Below, piece by piece: positions 50,571 through 59,891 of a DNA stretch of 64,000 bases. Each line of letters begins with the position of its first letter. Position 1 is the first letter of the stretch. Source of the stretch: a virus (lineage: Duplodnaviria; Caudoviricetes); IMG/VR virus record IMGVR_UViG_3300050156_000143, positions 96,001 through 160,000 of that record. One strand, written 5' to 3'. Position numbers and translations under genes: made by a program. The notes beneath the pieces are model-generated. The model was not told the origin of the DNA. It saw only the letters and a program-made list of their open reading frames with translations, and ran no database searches.

Positions 50571-51767
50571 ATGTCAAAACTGTTAATCGAAGGCCGTTGG
50601 GGCGAAACTAAAGAAAGTCTGCTGGAAGGTCTGAAGGGCCAACGTCGCAACACCATGTCGGTGCTGCTTGACAACACCCGTCGCACCATGCTTGCAGAAT
50701 CTGCTGCCGGAACTACCACGAGCGGCAATATTGCGACTATCAATCGCGTACTGTTGCCCGTGATTCGTCGGGTGATGCCCACCGTGATCGCAAATGAGAT
50801 CGTTGGCGTGCAACCGATGACCTCTAATGTGGGTCAAATCAACACCATGCGTGTTCGTTATGCCAACTCACTGACTGATTCTAGCTTGACCGCCACGTCT
50901 GTTACTGCTGGTGACGAAGCACTAAGTCCGTTCAAAATTGCGCAAGCATATTCCCGTACCCCGTATGGCACGTCTACTGCCACGGGCTACACCGGCAACA
51001 GCACTGCGTCGTTTGAAGGCAATCCTGGCCGTCAAATTTCGGTCGAAGTGCTCAAGCAAATTGTGGAAGCCAAATCTCGCGCTCTCAGCGCTCGCTGGAC
51101 TTTTGAATCTGCTCAAGATGGTCAAGCCAATATGGGCATTGACATTGAAGCTGAACTCATGGCTGCTCTGGCTCAAGAAATCACTGCTGAAATCGACCAA
51201 GAGATTCTGCAATCTCTGCGTGCGCTTGCTGCTACCGAATTTACGTACAATCAAGCCACTGTGTCTGGTACTGCGACTTTTGTCGGCGATGAACACGCGG
51301 CTCTTGCTGTGCTAATCAATGCTACCGCTAACCGTATCGCTCAACGTACCCGTCGCGGCGCTGCAAACTGGGCGGTGGTTTCGCCAACTTCGCTGACCGT
51401 GTTGCAGTCCGCCACAACTAGCGCGTTTGCTCGTTCGACCGAAGGCACCTTTGAAGCCCCCACCAACACTAAGTTTGTGGGCACGTTGAATGGCGCAATG
51501 CGTATTTTCGTTGACAGCTATGCTTCTGACAGCACCCCGGTGCTGATCGGTTACAAAGGCCCGAATGAGTTTGACGCTGCTGCGTTCTATTGCCCGTACC
51601 AACCTCTGCAATCAGTTGGTGTGGTGATCGATCCTACCACGATGGAACCTGTGACGAGTTTCAAAACTCGATATGGTTACGTCGAACTGTCGAACGTGGC
51701 GTCATCGCTCGGTAACGCTGGCGACTACGTGGGCGAAGTAGCTGTGCAAAACCTGCAATTCAGCTAA
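50571..51767 (+). CDS. gp23: Major capsid protein, gp23-like
   Basis: RRVMPTVIANEIVGVQPM, SRALSARWT, ELMAALAQEITAEIDQEI, YCPY...FKTRYG; probable LAE|S maturation site. Confidence 0.96.
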   Translation: MSKLLIEGRWGETKESLLEGLKGQRRNTMSVLLDNTRRTMLAESAAGTTTSGNIATINRVLLPVIRRVMPTVIANEIVGVQPMTSNVGQINTMRVRYANSLTDSSLTATSVTAGDEALSPFKIAQAYSRTPYGTSTATGYTGNSTASFEGNPGRQISVEVLKQIVEAKSRALSARWTFESAQDGQANMGIDIEAELMAALAQEITAEIDQEILQSLRALAATEFTYNQATVSGTATFVGDEHAALAVLINATANRIAQRTRRGAANWAVVSPTSLTVLQSATTSAFARSTEGTFEAPTNTKFVGTLNGAMRIFVDSYASDSTPVLIGYKGPNEFDAAAFYCPYQPLQSVGVVIDPTTMEPVTSFKTRYGYVELSNVASSLGNAGDYVGEVAVQNLQFS

Positions 51768-51791
51768 TCCACAACGGTTTTTTGTAAGTAT

Positions 51792-51816
51792 AAAAAGGGG
51801 CATATGCCCCTTTTTT
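51792..51816. terminator. Bidirectional intrinsic terminator
   Basis: AAAAAGGGGCATATGCCCCTTTTTT between convergent genes. Confidence 0.85.
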
Positions 51817-52109
51817 CATTGTGCGCGACAAATTGTTCCCAGTGGTTTCCCAGTGGTTGGATCAATGTTTTTGCCACGGTAGTGGTATCCGAGGTAATCC
51901 GTGAACACACCGTTTACATCATATTTTCCAGCATATCCACCGTATTTTTTGCACTCGGTTGACCGGATCGCTTTGGTCGCAATATCGGTCGCATTGGCCA
52001 CATAAGCATCCCGCAGTTTTTTGGTGTCAAACGCCAAATACCCCCAAGCGTCAGAAAAACCGATACTAGTCGAAGATGCGTAACTATTAATTGCTGCGTA
52101 GAAAGACAT
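51816..52109 (-). CDS. Hypothetical protein
   Basis: 97 aa; promoter TTGCCA-17-CATAAT at 52151-52179. Confidence 0.6.
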   Translation of the reverse strand: MSFYAAINSYASSTSIGFSDAWGYLAFDTKKLRDAYVANATDIATKAIRSTECKKYGGYAGKYDVNGVFTDYLGYHYRGKNIDPTTGKPLGTICRAQ

Positions 52110-52212
52110 GGTGGTTTCCGGTTGGAAGCAAGTCGTGGATCAATGTGGTGATTATGGGGCATGTCAATTGGTTTGGCAACGTTTCCTCAAAATGCCCCTA
52201 CACGTTAGTCAA

Positions 52213-52497
52213 TTATTTTTCGTCAAACAACCAACGAGGAACTTTTGCCCACATCGTTGCCCCACGGATGATGCAATCGTCTCGCCAGTTTTGGCGGCAT
52301 GCAGCACCAATTGCGCGAAAATCGTCATCCCATGCTTCTTGGCAACCTTTGTCACGCCGACCAAATGCCGCCACAAAGTTGCCGCCTGGGGTTGGGATTT
52401 TGAGAAACACATCTTCACCCCAGGGAGCACTCTCAATCGGCTCCCACAGCATGGGAGCAAGGTGTTCAACAATGGTTTCGACTTGTTTGGTTTTCAT
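52213..52497 (-). CDS. Hypothetical protein
   Basis: 94 aa, coupled to upstream stop; WEPIESAP motif common in small phage proteins. Confidence 0.6.
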   Translation of the reverse strand: MKTKQVETIVEHLAPMLWEPIESAPWGEDVFLKIPTPGGNFVAAFGRRDKGCQEAWDDDFRAIGAACRQNWRDDCIIRGATMWAKVPRWLFDEK

Positions 52498-52991
52498 TAC
52501 AGTGAGTCCATTAACCGAATCAGTTCAGTTCTGAAGGCGGGTGACGGTTTTTGCTTGCGTTTTGCCAAAGTGACAGCATGTTCAAGCAACGTGGCGTAAC
52601 GCTTGAATTTCCAATCAGTTTCCGACTCGATCTGCGCGTCATCCGAGCACGATGCTGGTTCCATGCTATGCAAAGCGTCAAGCTCTGTTTTTAGCATGAT
52701 GATGCAATCGTGGAGAACGGCTTCGATCAGGGGTTGGGGGTTTAATATCACACCAAATGCTGACCTGTCACTATATCCATACAGCATTGGAACTTCGCCC
52801 CGACAGCACAATACTCCGGGGACGGGCATGTTATCAATATTTCCAATCAACCCCGCCTCCCGTTTCGCACCAACCGCCTCCAGCGTGGATCGGATTTTGG
52901 CCATCTGTGTGTTGCTTGTAATGAGAAACTTCAGTCCAGGATATACCATTGCGGCGCTAGCCGATTCAGTTAACCCGTTGACAACAATCAT
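52497..52991 (-). CDS. Hypothetical protein
   Basis: 164 aa, AAGGA SD. Confidence 0.6.
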   Translation of the reverse strand: MIVVNGLTESASAAMVYPGLKFLITSNTQMAKIRSTLEAVGAKREAGLIGNIDNMPVPGVLCCRGEVPMLYGYSDRSAFGVILNPQPLIEAVLHDCIIMLKTELDALHSMEPASCSDDAQIESETDWKFKRYATLLEHAVTLAKRKQKPSPAFRTELIRLMDSL

Positions 52992-53013
52992 AGTAGTTCC
53001 TTTTCAAAGATGT

Positions 53014-53343
53014 TCAGTTGTTGAGTAGACGATATGCGTTAGGACACAACTCTTTTACGTGGCCAGTTATTCCCAACCGGGCACATGCCTCTGTGACCTG
53101 TGCTGCGCCTGCCACCTCCGTTACACGTTTTAGGCGATGGAACACCCGCTGCTGAAAATAATCCGCGTTACTCTCCATCGCCGCACGGGCATGGTCTGTT
53201 TTTGCTAGCACCACTACTGCTTTTGATACCACAAACCACCCAATAGTATGCGCAATGTCAATAATCGCCTCGTCAAGTGGACTCACTGGATGTACTGCGC
53301 GCATTGCGACCAGACTGATACCAAATTCGTATGTAACTTTCAT
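53014..53343 (-). CDS. Hypothetical protein
   Basis: 109 aa, AAGG SD. Confidence 0.6.
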   Translation of the reverse strand: MKVTYEFGISLVAMRAVHPVSPLDEAIIDIAHTIGWFVVSKAVVVLAKTDHARAAMESNADYFQQRVFHRLKRVTEVAGAAQVTEACARLGITGHVKELCPNAYRLLNN

Positions 53344-53346
53344 ACC

Positions 53347-53589
53347 TTACGCCTCTCCTGGCGAGATTTCAACCACATCACCATCGGGGTGAGATAAATA
53401 TCCGCCAGCACCAGACTGCCATCGTGGAATCCACCTATATCCCACTGGTTCAAACTTCGATCTGGCGAATTTAACCGCGTCATGTATCGTACATTTTCCA
53501 AGAGTCTCACGAGTGTAAACAAAGTCCCTCCCGTCATACCCAATATGGGTAAAGTGGTGGTCTTCGATCTGAGGTAGTTTGCGGGCCAT
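53347..53589 (-). CDS. Hypothetical protein
   Basis: 80 aa, GGAG SD; promoter TTGACT-18-CACAAT at 53652-53681. Confidence 0.6.
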   Translation of the reverse strand: MARKLPQIEDHHFTHIGYDGRDFVYTRETLGKCTIHDAVKFARSKFEPVGYRWIPRWQSGAGGYLSHPDGDVVEISPGEA

Positions 53590-53681
53590 ATCGACTCCTG
53601 GGAGTTGTTTGCGTCATTGCAGTGAACACAGTGTATCAACATCCCACTCGAATTGTGCTAAAGTCCACGCACGGTAGTCAA

Positions 53682-55056
53682 CTATCGTATCTCACGCCAA
53701 TTCACCACACACCTGACCGAAGACGTTCCGCCCACACCCGACACTAACACTGTGTAAGTACCGAGATCACGGTGCGACCCGGTGGCATCTAGCGTGATTG
53801 GATACCGCATATAAACAGTACGGTCAATGATTCCCTTATTTTGTGCAGACGATGATACAGTCCCTGACTCCACCGTGATTGACGGTAGTCCCGACAGTGT
53901 TCCACCCGTTGAAAATTCGCAAGCAGAATATTCCGCATTAGTGGGAGACCACGTGGCTGAAGTTAGTAACTGCCCAAACACCAAATCATATTCAACTGCA
54001 TTGGTGCCAGTGACTGCGATTTCAACTGATTCTATTTTAACTTGCACTCGGTTGGTTTGTGTTTTGAATGTACTGAGAGGTCGAATACTAAACGCATGTG
54101 TCGGAACACCGTTGCCCACGGTTATCGCAACTTTTGACGAAAATTCATAGCCAACTAAGGTTGCCTGACCGCCCTCACTCATGACTGAACAGCATAACAA
54201 CTTGAACGAATCTGGCGTGGAAATGGCAGAGGTTGTTTCTATCCCAGCTCTAATGGGCAGACTTGCGTTTGCAAAATAGGGCACTGCAATAATATTGGCA
54301 TGATTGAACTCATGGGCACAATGCACCACTCCGCCGATATTGAATCCGATTCTGATGCGACCTGCGTATAGTGCCTGAAAATCGATACACAGTATTTGAC
54401 ATTTTGTGAAATCAATGTTGCATCCACTTGGCCCGGTGCTATCGAAAGCATCAACGTTCCACAACGTTTGTCGCACATACGTGTTTCCAATGGTTGTTGA
54501 AGATAGCACCGCAAATTGGGCCACACCGTCTACCATCAGCAACTCAATGCCGTTTACGCCGTCTGAGTACCCGATATATTTGGTAACCCCGGAAGACGAT
54601 GTTCCCATCACAAAAGATAGGTTTATAGTAGTGGATTTGCCGGGTTGATATCGGTTATATTCATACTGTTGAAACTTGGCATAATTTCCTGAACTGCCAG
54701 CGTTCACTGCCAGGTGTGCGCAATGAGGTAGTGGGTCTTTCTGAACTGACGTCCCTGGAGGAAACGAACCACAGACGCCTAAGTCGTTGATTTATTTATA
54801 GCGCGTTACACTTTTTAACAAAACACCAGTTCAGGCAGACCCACTACCCGCAATGATTCGTGCTATCATGTATCACTGATCCGTTGTTGGCTATCACTTG
54901 AAACAACAGTGGATGCAGATCATACGTGAACTGGGCATCAAACACGTATTCTGGCGCACTGGTACGTAGTCTGCCCGCACTATCAATCAAGCTACTATCA
55001 GACAACGTCATGGATGCCGCGTTGTGAAGCGGTTGATGACCAAATTTAATGTACAT
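53682..55056 (-). pseudogene. Probable virion/tail-associated protein (DSAGRLRTS...YNRYQPGKS family) interrupted by a MITE; 414 aa if rejoined
   Basis: Track fragments 54844-55056 and 53682-54707 rejoin in frame (NHC-AHLAVN) on removing 130 nt; TAAATA 55061-55066, 4 nt before ATG. Confidence 0.75.
54727..54848. mobile_element. 122-bp MITE with IS1-family-like ends
   Basis: 22-bp terminal inverted repeats, 20/22 identical, starting GGTAGTG (54727-54748, 54827-54848); 8-bp target-site duplication CGCAATGA (54719-54726, 54849-54856); no ORF. Confidence 0.85.
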
Positions 55057-55069
55057 GGGGTATTTAATT

Positions 55070-55507
55070 ATGATGAACCATTTCCAAGGTCTTTATAAAG
55101 AGAGGTTAGCAGCGTGGATCAGCCTGCGAACAACCGCGCAAGGCTTGTCCACGCTAGACACCTGTGTTATGGTGGATGATTGGTGGCAACATGCTCCATT
55201 AGTGACTCACCATTTGCACCCACAAGATGTGAGGAATTGGCCCGACCCGTGGACACTACTTGACGACAATGTGTACTGTACTTTGGCAAGAGCGCTTGGG
55301 ATGGTGTACACTCTATCGATGCTAGGAATCGATTCGTCACTCGTTCAGGCAAGCGATGATCACGGCGAGGATCATTTTTTGGTCATTGTGAACAAACAAT
55401 ATGTTCTAAACTATTGGCCAGGAACAGTAAAGGATAACAAGCTCTCTAATTTTAGACAACGTAAGCGATTTGATTTGACAGACGTTTTAGCCAAATTGGT
55501 TGGTTAA
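55070..55507 (+). CDS. Hypothetical protein, possible transglutaminase/papain-like fold
   Basis: YCTLARALGMVYTL...EDHFLVIV...YVLNY (Cys, His, Asn spacing). Confidence 0.55.
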   Translation: MMNHFQGLYKERLAAWISLRTTAQGLSTLDTCVMVDDWWQHAPLVTHHLHPQDVRNWPDPWTLLDDNVYCTLARALGMVYTLSMLGIDSSLVQASDDHGEDHFLVIVNKQYVLNYWPGTVKDNKLSNFRQRKRFDLTDVLAKLVG

Positions 55508-55560
55508 AATGTAGTAAATAATACCCCAACTATTTTGGGGTTTACTTAGAAAGGTAATTA

Positions 55561-58500
55561 ATGGAAGTTAGTGCAAGCAAGATGATGGCGGATGCCAAGT
55601 TTTATTCTGATTACAGTCGGTTTGACGAAGGTACTCGGAAATATGAATCCTGGGATGAGGCCGTCAGTCGTGTGATGCGAATGCACGAGCAAAAATATGC
55701 CAACAAAATGACTCCAAAATTACAAGAAGTGATTCGAGTGATCGAGAAGGCATATTTGGATAAGCGCATTTTGGGTGCTCAACGTGCTCTCCAGTTTGGT
55801 GGAGAACAGTTGTTGAAAAAGCATGCGAAGATGTATAACTGCGTGTCGTCTTGGGTTGATCGCCCTGAATTCTTTGGTGAATTTATGTGGCTTATGCTGT
55901 GTGGATGCGGTGCTGGGTTTTCTGTGCAACGTCATCATGTGGCCAAACTGCCCAAACTCAGTTCTCGCGCAAAGAGTGTCAAGAAATTTGTGGTGCCGGA
56001 TTCGATCGAAGGTTGGGCACAAGCATTTGATGTGCTGTTTAGCTCGTTTTTCCAAGGCGGGGGCAAACATCCAGAATACGAGGGCCACCCGGTTTGGTTC
56101 GATTTGTCCAAGATTCGGCCCAAGGGTTCTAAGATTTCTGGCGGATTTAAAGCACCTGGCCCCGACCCATTGCATTATGCGTTGACCAAAGTCGAGCTAC
56201 TGTTGACCAACGCTAAACATCAGCTTCGCCCGATTGAAGTTTATGATGCGTGTATGTTTATGGCAGATGCGGTTATTTCTGGTGGTAAGTAAGTGACGAT
56301 TGGAGAAAATCTTTAATGAAAGAGTATCTAATCAATGGTGAGCACTACCGTTTAAACGTGTTTGAGAAGATTGAAACAAAAGAACAGGCGTATTTGATTG
56401 GGTACTTGGCAGGTGATGGTGGATATAATCCACCCACCCATAAAAGAAACCCTAGACTGTATGTGAGTTCCATTGACAAACCCTTGATCGAATCAATTAA
56501 GCAGGAATTTTGTCCAGACGGTGTCGTTGGATCGCGTGTGCCAATTAATAACACTGCCGGTTATTCCATCGTGAGCAGTAACTCAGCATTCACGTTGAAT
56601 TTCAGCAGTAAGTTTGAAGAATGTTTCAACAAGTTTGGTATCCTGTCAAAGAAAGTTGATCGAAAGTTGGTCAATATTTCCAAGAAAAATATGAAATACT
56701 ATGTGCTGGGTTTATTTGATGCAGATGGACACATTTCATACGGGCACCGAAAAGATCGCAACCGATTGTGGGCCAATTTTGGGATAACTCATCAATCGTT
56801 CGATATTTTGTCCAAGGTGCAGGAATTTTTGATGAATGAGTTGAATGTGTGTTCAAGCGTGAAGCAGCGAAAAGACGAACACTGTTTGGATTTGAAATTT
56901 TCTAAAATAGAATCGGTTGCTAAAGTGTTGAACTGGATGTACGAAGATAAGCCAAAATTCTACAGCCAGGTGAAATACAACCGTTATGAGAAATTTTTAG
57001 AGTTAATTTGAGATAAACGTGGCACTCCAACCTTATGCCACCTAAACGGGTTAAAACTGGAAAGCTAAGTCAAACGATACGCTAATCAGTTACCACTCTT
57101 GGGAAGCCAGCTTTAGTACCAAGAAGGTTCAGAGACTAGACAGTGAGAAGGCAATCAATAATCTGTCCTAAGAAATCCGTGGCTCTTGTAGCTAAGAGAT
57201 AGTCCGATCCTACAGGAAACTGTAGACAAATTTAAGGTAAGACGGAGTGCTACCATTTGTCTTTTCAGTAAAGACGATGAGGAGATGATTAAGGCAAAAA
57301 CTGGGAATTGGTTCACTGACAATCCCCAGCGCGGTAGAAGCAATAATTCAGTGATGTTGAAACGCGATGAAGTCACGTTTGATGAGTTTCAACAGATTAT
57401 GAAGTCAGTAGAACATAGTGGGGAACCAGGTTTCATTTTTACTGACAATTTAGAGTTTACGTTTAATCCGTTAAACTGACTAGCGGCATGGAAAAGTAAT
57501 TTTCTATGAAAATCAATCGAAAAACGGTGGAACCCCATTTTGGGCAATACCGTGCTAACCTGTTATGGGGAGTGTAACGACTATGGACAATAAGCAACTG
57601 ACCAAACTAATCTCATACTTTGTGATGGGCGATGGTGGGTTATATGTACGCAAAGACTGTGAAAACGCATACTTCGCTATGAATATGCTGACACAAAACG
57701 ATGATTACATTGATTGGGTGGATGAGGTACTGCGTGAGTTTGTGGGGACAAACCGATACGAGCGAAAAGACTACAACAAAGACGGGTGCGTTCGCAAGCC
57801 ACAAATCAGGCTTCAATCTAAAACTCATCCCAAATTGACAACCATCCGAGACAGAGTGTATACAGATCAATATAAAGGAATTGATCCACACGCTCTCAAA
57901 CTATTGGACTGGGAAGCCGCCGCCATACTTTATATGTGTGATGGCAGCTTAGTGGAAATTATCCCGAATGACAAAAACGGGCTAGTTAACAATAGTTGGA
58001 ATCTGACTCTGAACATGAAACGTCTTTCTTACGGTGATCAAATGCTGTTAAAAAAGGCGTTCAAGGATAAGTTAGATGTTGAGTTCAATGTAAACCGACA
58101 AGGGAAATATTACTATCTGAGACTTCGCAACAAGGATGTTCAGAAGTTTTGTGGAGGAGTTAAGCCGTACATGAAAAACAGTTTCTTTTACAAAGTCCGC
58201 GTGATTGACCCCTTGAAAGAGGGTGGTGATATAGTCTGTTCTACACAGGAATGTGTAGAGGTTAGCAGAAATGACTAACCCGCGTGCTGCGATGCACGTA
58301 GTAACAACAAAGGTGTTGAAATTTGTAAGTACCCATCGATTGATGGGCGATCTGGGTGGCAAGCGTGTAATCTCAGTGAGATCAACGGTGGGAAATGTAA
58401 CACCCCAGAGGATTTTTACCAGGCTTGCTTTGCCGCTGCGGCGATCGGTACTTTGCAAGCTGGGTACACGGATTTTGGATTTTTGGGACAAGCATCAAAG

Positions 58501-59544
58501 GAGATTATCGAACGTGAGGCGTTGATTGGGGTGTCGATCACAGGTTGGATGAATAATCCGACCGTATTGTTTGACCCGGACGTGATGAAAAAGGGCGCAG
58601 AGATCGTGAAGTCAACAAATAAAATGGTGGCCGAATTGATTGATATTAACCAAGCTGCTAGAACAACGTGCGCAAAACCTGCTGGAAATGCTTCAGTCAT
58701 TTTGCAAACCGCGTCTGGTATTCATGGTGAACATGCCCCACGGTATATTCGTCACGTACAGATGAACAAGGAATCGGAGGTTCTGCAATCGTTGCAATCA
58801 GCATTCCCGGACATGGTGGAAAGCTCGGTGTGGTCAACTAATGGGACGGATGCGGTTATTGCGTTCCCCATCATTTCCAAGCCGGGATCGATTTATAAGT
58901 CGGATTTGTTGGGTGTTAAACAACTAGAGTATGTGAAACTTGCTCAACAAGTTTGGGTGGAACATGGCACCAATGTGGAGCTTTGTACTCATCCAAAAAT
59001 GCGGCATAACATTTCTAACACCATCAGCGTAGATAATTGGGAGGAAGTTACCAAATATCTGTACGAAAACCGGGAATGGTTCTGTGGTGTGAGCTTGATG
59101 GCGGCAATGGGCGATAAGGCATTTTCTCAAGCACCATTTACTGAGGTTTTTACCGCTGAGGAAATTGTGTTGAAATACGGTGCTGCTAGTATGTTTGCAT
59201 CTGGTCTTATCACCCGTGGGTTGGATGCGTTTGGCGATTTGTGGGCTGCAACTTCGTGTGCTAGTGGATATGGTGAAAATTTGTCGGTAGAATCCCATGA
59301 AAATGCAAACAAGCGTGATTGGGTACGGCAGTTCAACAAATTTGCTAGCAACCATTTCGATGGTGATACGACGATGACCGCAAATTGCTTGAAGGATGTG
59401 TATAATCTACACAAATGGAGTAAGATCACCTCCAAGTTGGGCGATGTCGATATGCGAGATTATCTCAAGGATAAGCAGTATGTTGATGTTGGTACACTCT
59501 CTGGCGCTGCATGCGCTGGTGGTGCGTGTGAAATCACTTTCTAA
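55561..59544 (+). CDS. nrdJ: Class II (adenosylcobalamin) ribonucleotide reductase; exons 55561-56286, 57237-57471, 58313-59544; 730 aa spliced
   Basis: Splicing restores SGG|VRRSA and the NP-C-VEI active site; C-terminal ACAGGACEI; exon lengths total 2193 nt, in frame. Confidence 0.9.
56287..57236 (+). mobile_element. Group I intron 1 (IA-type), endonuclease ORF in L1
   Basis: Exon ends in U, intron ends in G; IGS CTTATGCCACC 57032-57042 pairs with both exons; R GTTCAGAGACTA 57127-57138; S AAGAGATAGTCC 57194-57205; P9 CTACAG-GAAA-CTGTAG. Confidence 0.9.
56316..57011 (+). CDS. Double-motif LAGLIDADG homing endonuclease
   Basis: AYLIGYLAGDG and YVLGLFDADG motifs; GGAG SD. Confidence 0.88.
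   Translation: MKEYLINGEHYRLNVFEKIETKEQAYLIGYLAGDGGYNPPTHKRNPRLYVSSIDKPLIESIKQEFCPDGVVGSRVPINNTAGYSIVSSNSAFTLNFSSKFEECFNKFGILSKKVDRKLVNISKKNMKYYVLGLFDADGHISYGHRKDRNRLWANFGITHQSFDILSKVQEFLMNELNVCSSVKQRKDEHCLDLKFSKIESVAKVLNWMYEDKPKFYSQVKYNRYEKFLELI
57472..58312 (+). mobile_element. Group I intron 2 (IA-type), inserted inside the catalytic Cys codon
   Basis: T|GT split of Cys; R GTGTAACGACTA 57572-57583; P3 TCAATC/GATTGA; S GGTGATATAGTC 58225-58236; terminal G 58312. Confidence 0.88.
57583..58278 (+). CDS. LAGLIDADG-family homing endonuclease, overlapping the intron core
   Basis: LISYFVMGDGGL and AAAILYMCDGSL motifs; ATG abuts R element; 3' end reads through P3', P8 and S. Confidence 0.82.
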   Translation: MDNKQLTKLISYFVMGDGGLYVRKDCENAYFAMNMLTQNDDYIDWVDEVLREFVGTNRYERKDYNKDGCVRKPQIRLQSKTHPKLTTIRDRVYTDQYKGIDPHALKLLDWEAAAILYMCDGSLVEIIPNDKNGLVNNSWNLTLNMKRLSYGDQMLLKKAFKDKLDVEFNVNRQGKYYYLRLRNKDVQKFCGGVKPYMKNSFFYKVRVIDPLKEGGDIVCSTQECVEVSRND

Positions 59545-59555
59545 AAACTGACTCA

Positions 59556-59575
59556 AAACGGGCTTCGGCCCGTTT
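59556..59575 (+). terminator. Hairpin/terminator with UUCG loop after nrdJ
   Basis: AAACGGGC-TTCG-GCCCGTTT. Confidence 0.7.
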
Positions 59576-59597
59576 CTTTACAATAAAGGAAAATTAA

Positions 59598-59891
59598 ATG
59601 TTAAATGTATCTCCCGTGTTAGATCGAATTATTATCAAACGGTCTGAAATTACCAAAGTCAGTTCTGCTGGAATTGTCTTGGCACACAAACAGGACGAAA
59701 AAGCCGATCAAGGCGTTGTGGTGGCAGTTGGCCCAGGAAAACGCAATGAGAATGGCGATCAAATTGCCCTCACGGTGGAAGTTGGTGATCGGGTGCTGTT
59801 TGGAAAACACAGTGGGCAAACCGTGAAGATTCAAGGGGAAGAATATCTGGTGATGAAAGAAGATGAGTTGTATGGGATTGTGATCGAATGA
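59598..59891 (+). CDS. groES: Co-chaperonin GroES (host-like)
   Basis: PVLDRIII, AGIVL, GVVVAVGPGK, VEVGDRVLFGKHSG, YLVMKEDELYGIV. Confidence 0.93.
   Translation: MLNVSPVLDRIIIKRSEITKVSSAGIVLAHKQDEKADQGVVVAVGPGKRNENGDQIALTVEVGDRVLFGKHSGQTVKIQGEEYLVMKEDELYGIVIE

Noticed and set aside
50324-50782. 152-aa minus ORF across gp22/gp23
   Set aside because: Antisense to two well-supported genes, with no motif.
54720-54850. Small self-splicing intron as the explanation of the split gene
   Set aside because: No group I/II core motifs; TIRs plus TSD fit a transposon-derived insertion better.
55508-55560. Possible cobalamin riboswitch before nrdJ
   Set aside because: The gap is only ~53 nt and lacks the B12-box.
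58271-58525. 84-aa plus ORF (MTNPRAAM...)
   Set aside because: Out-of-frame reading of the intron 2 3' end and nrdJ exon 3.
59598-59891. T4 gp31-type specialised co-chaperonin
   Set aside because: Sequence and length look like ordinary bacterial GroES, with no obvious extended loop.
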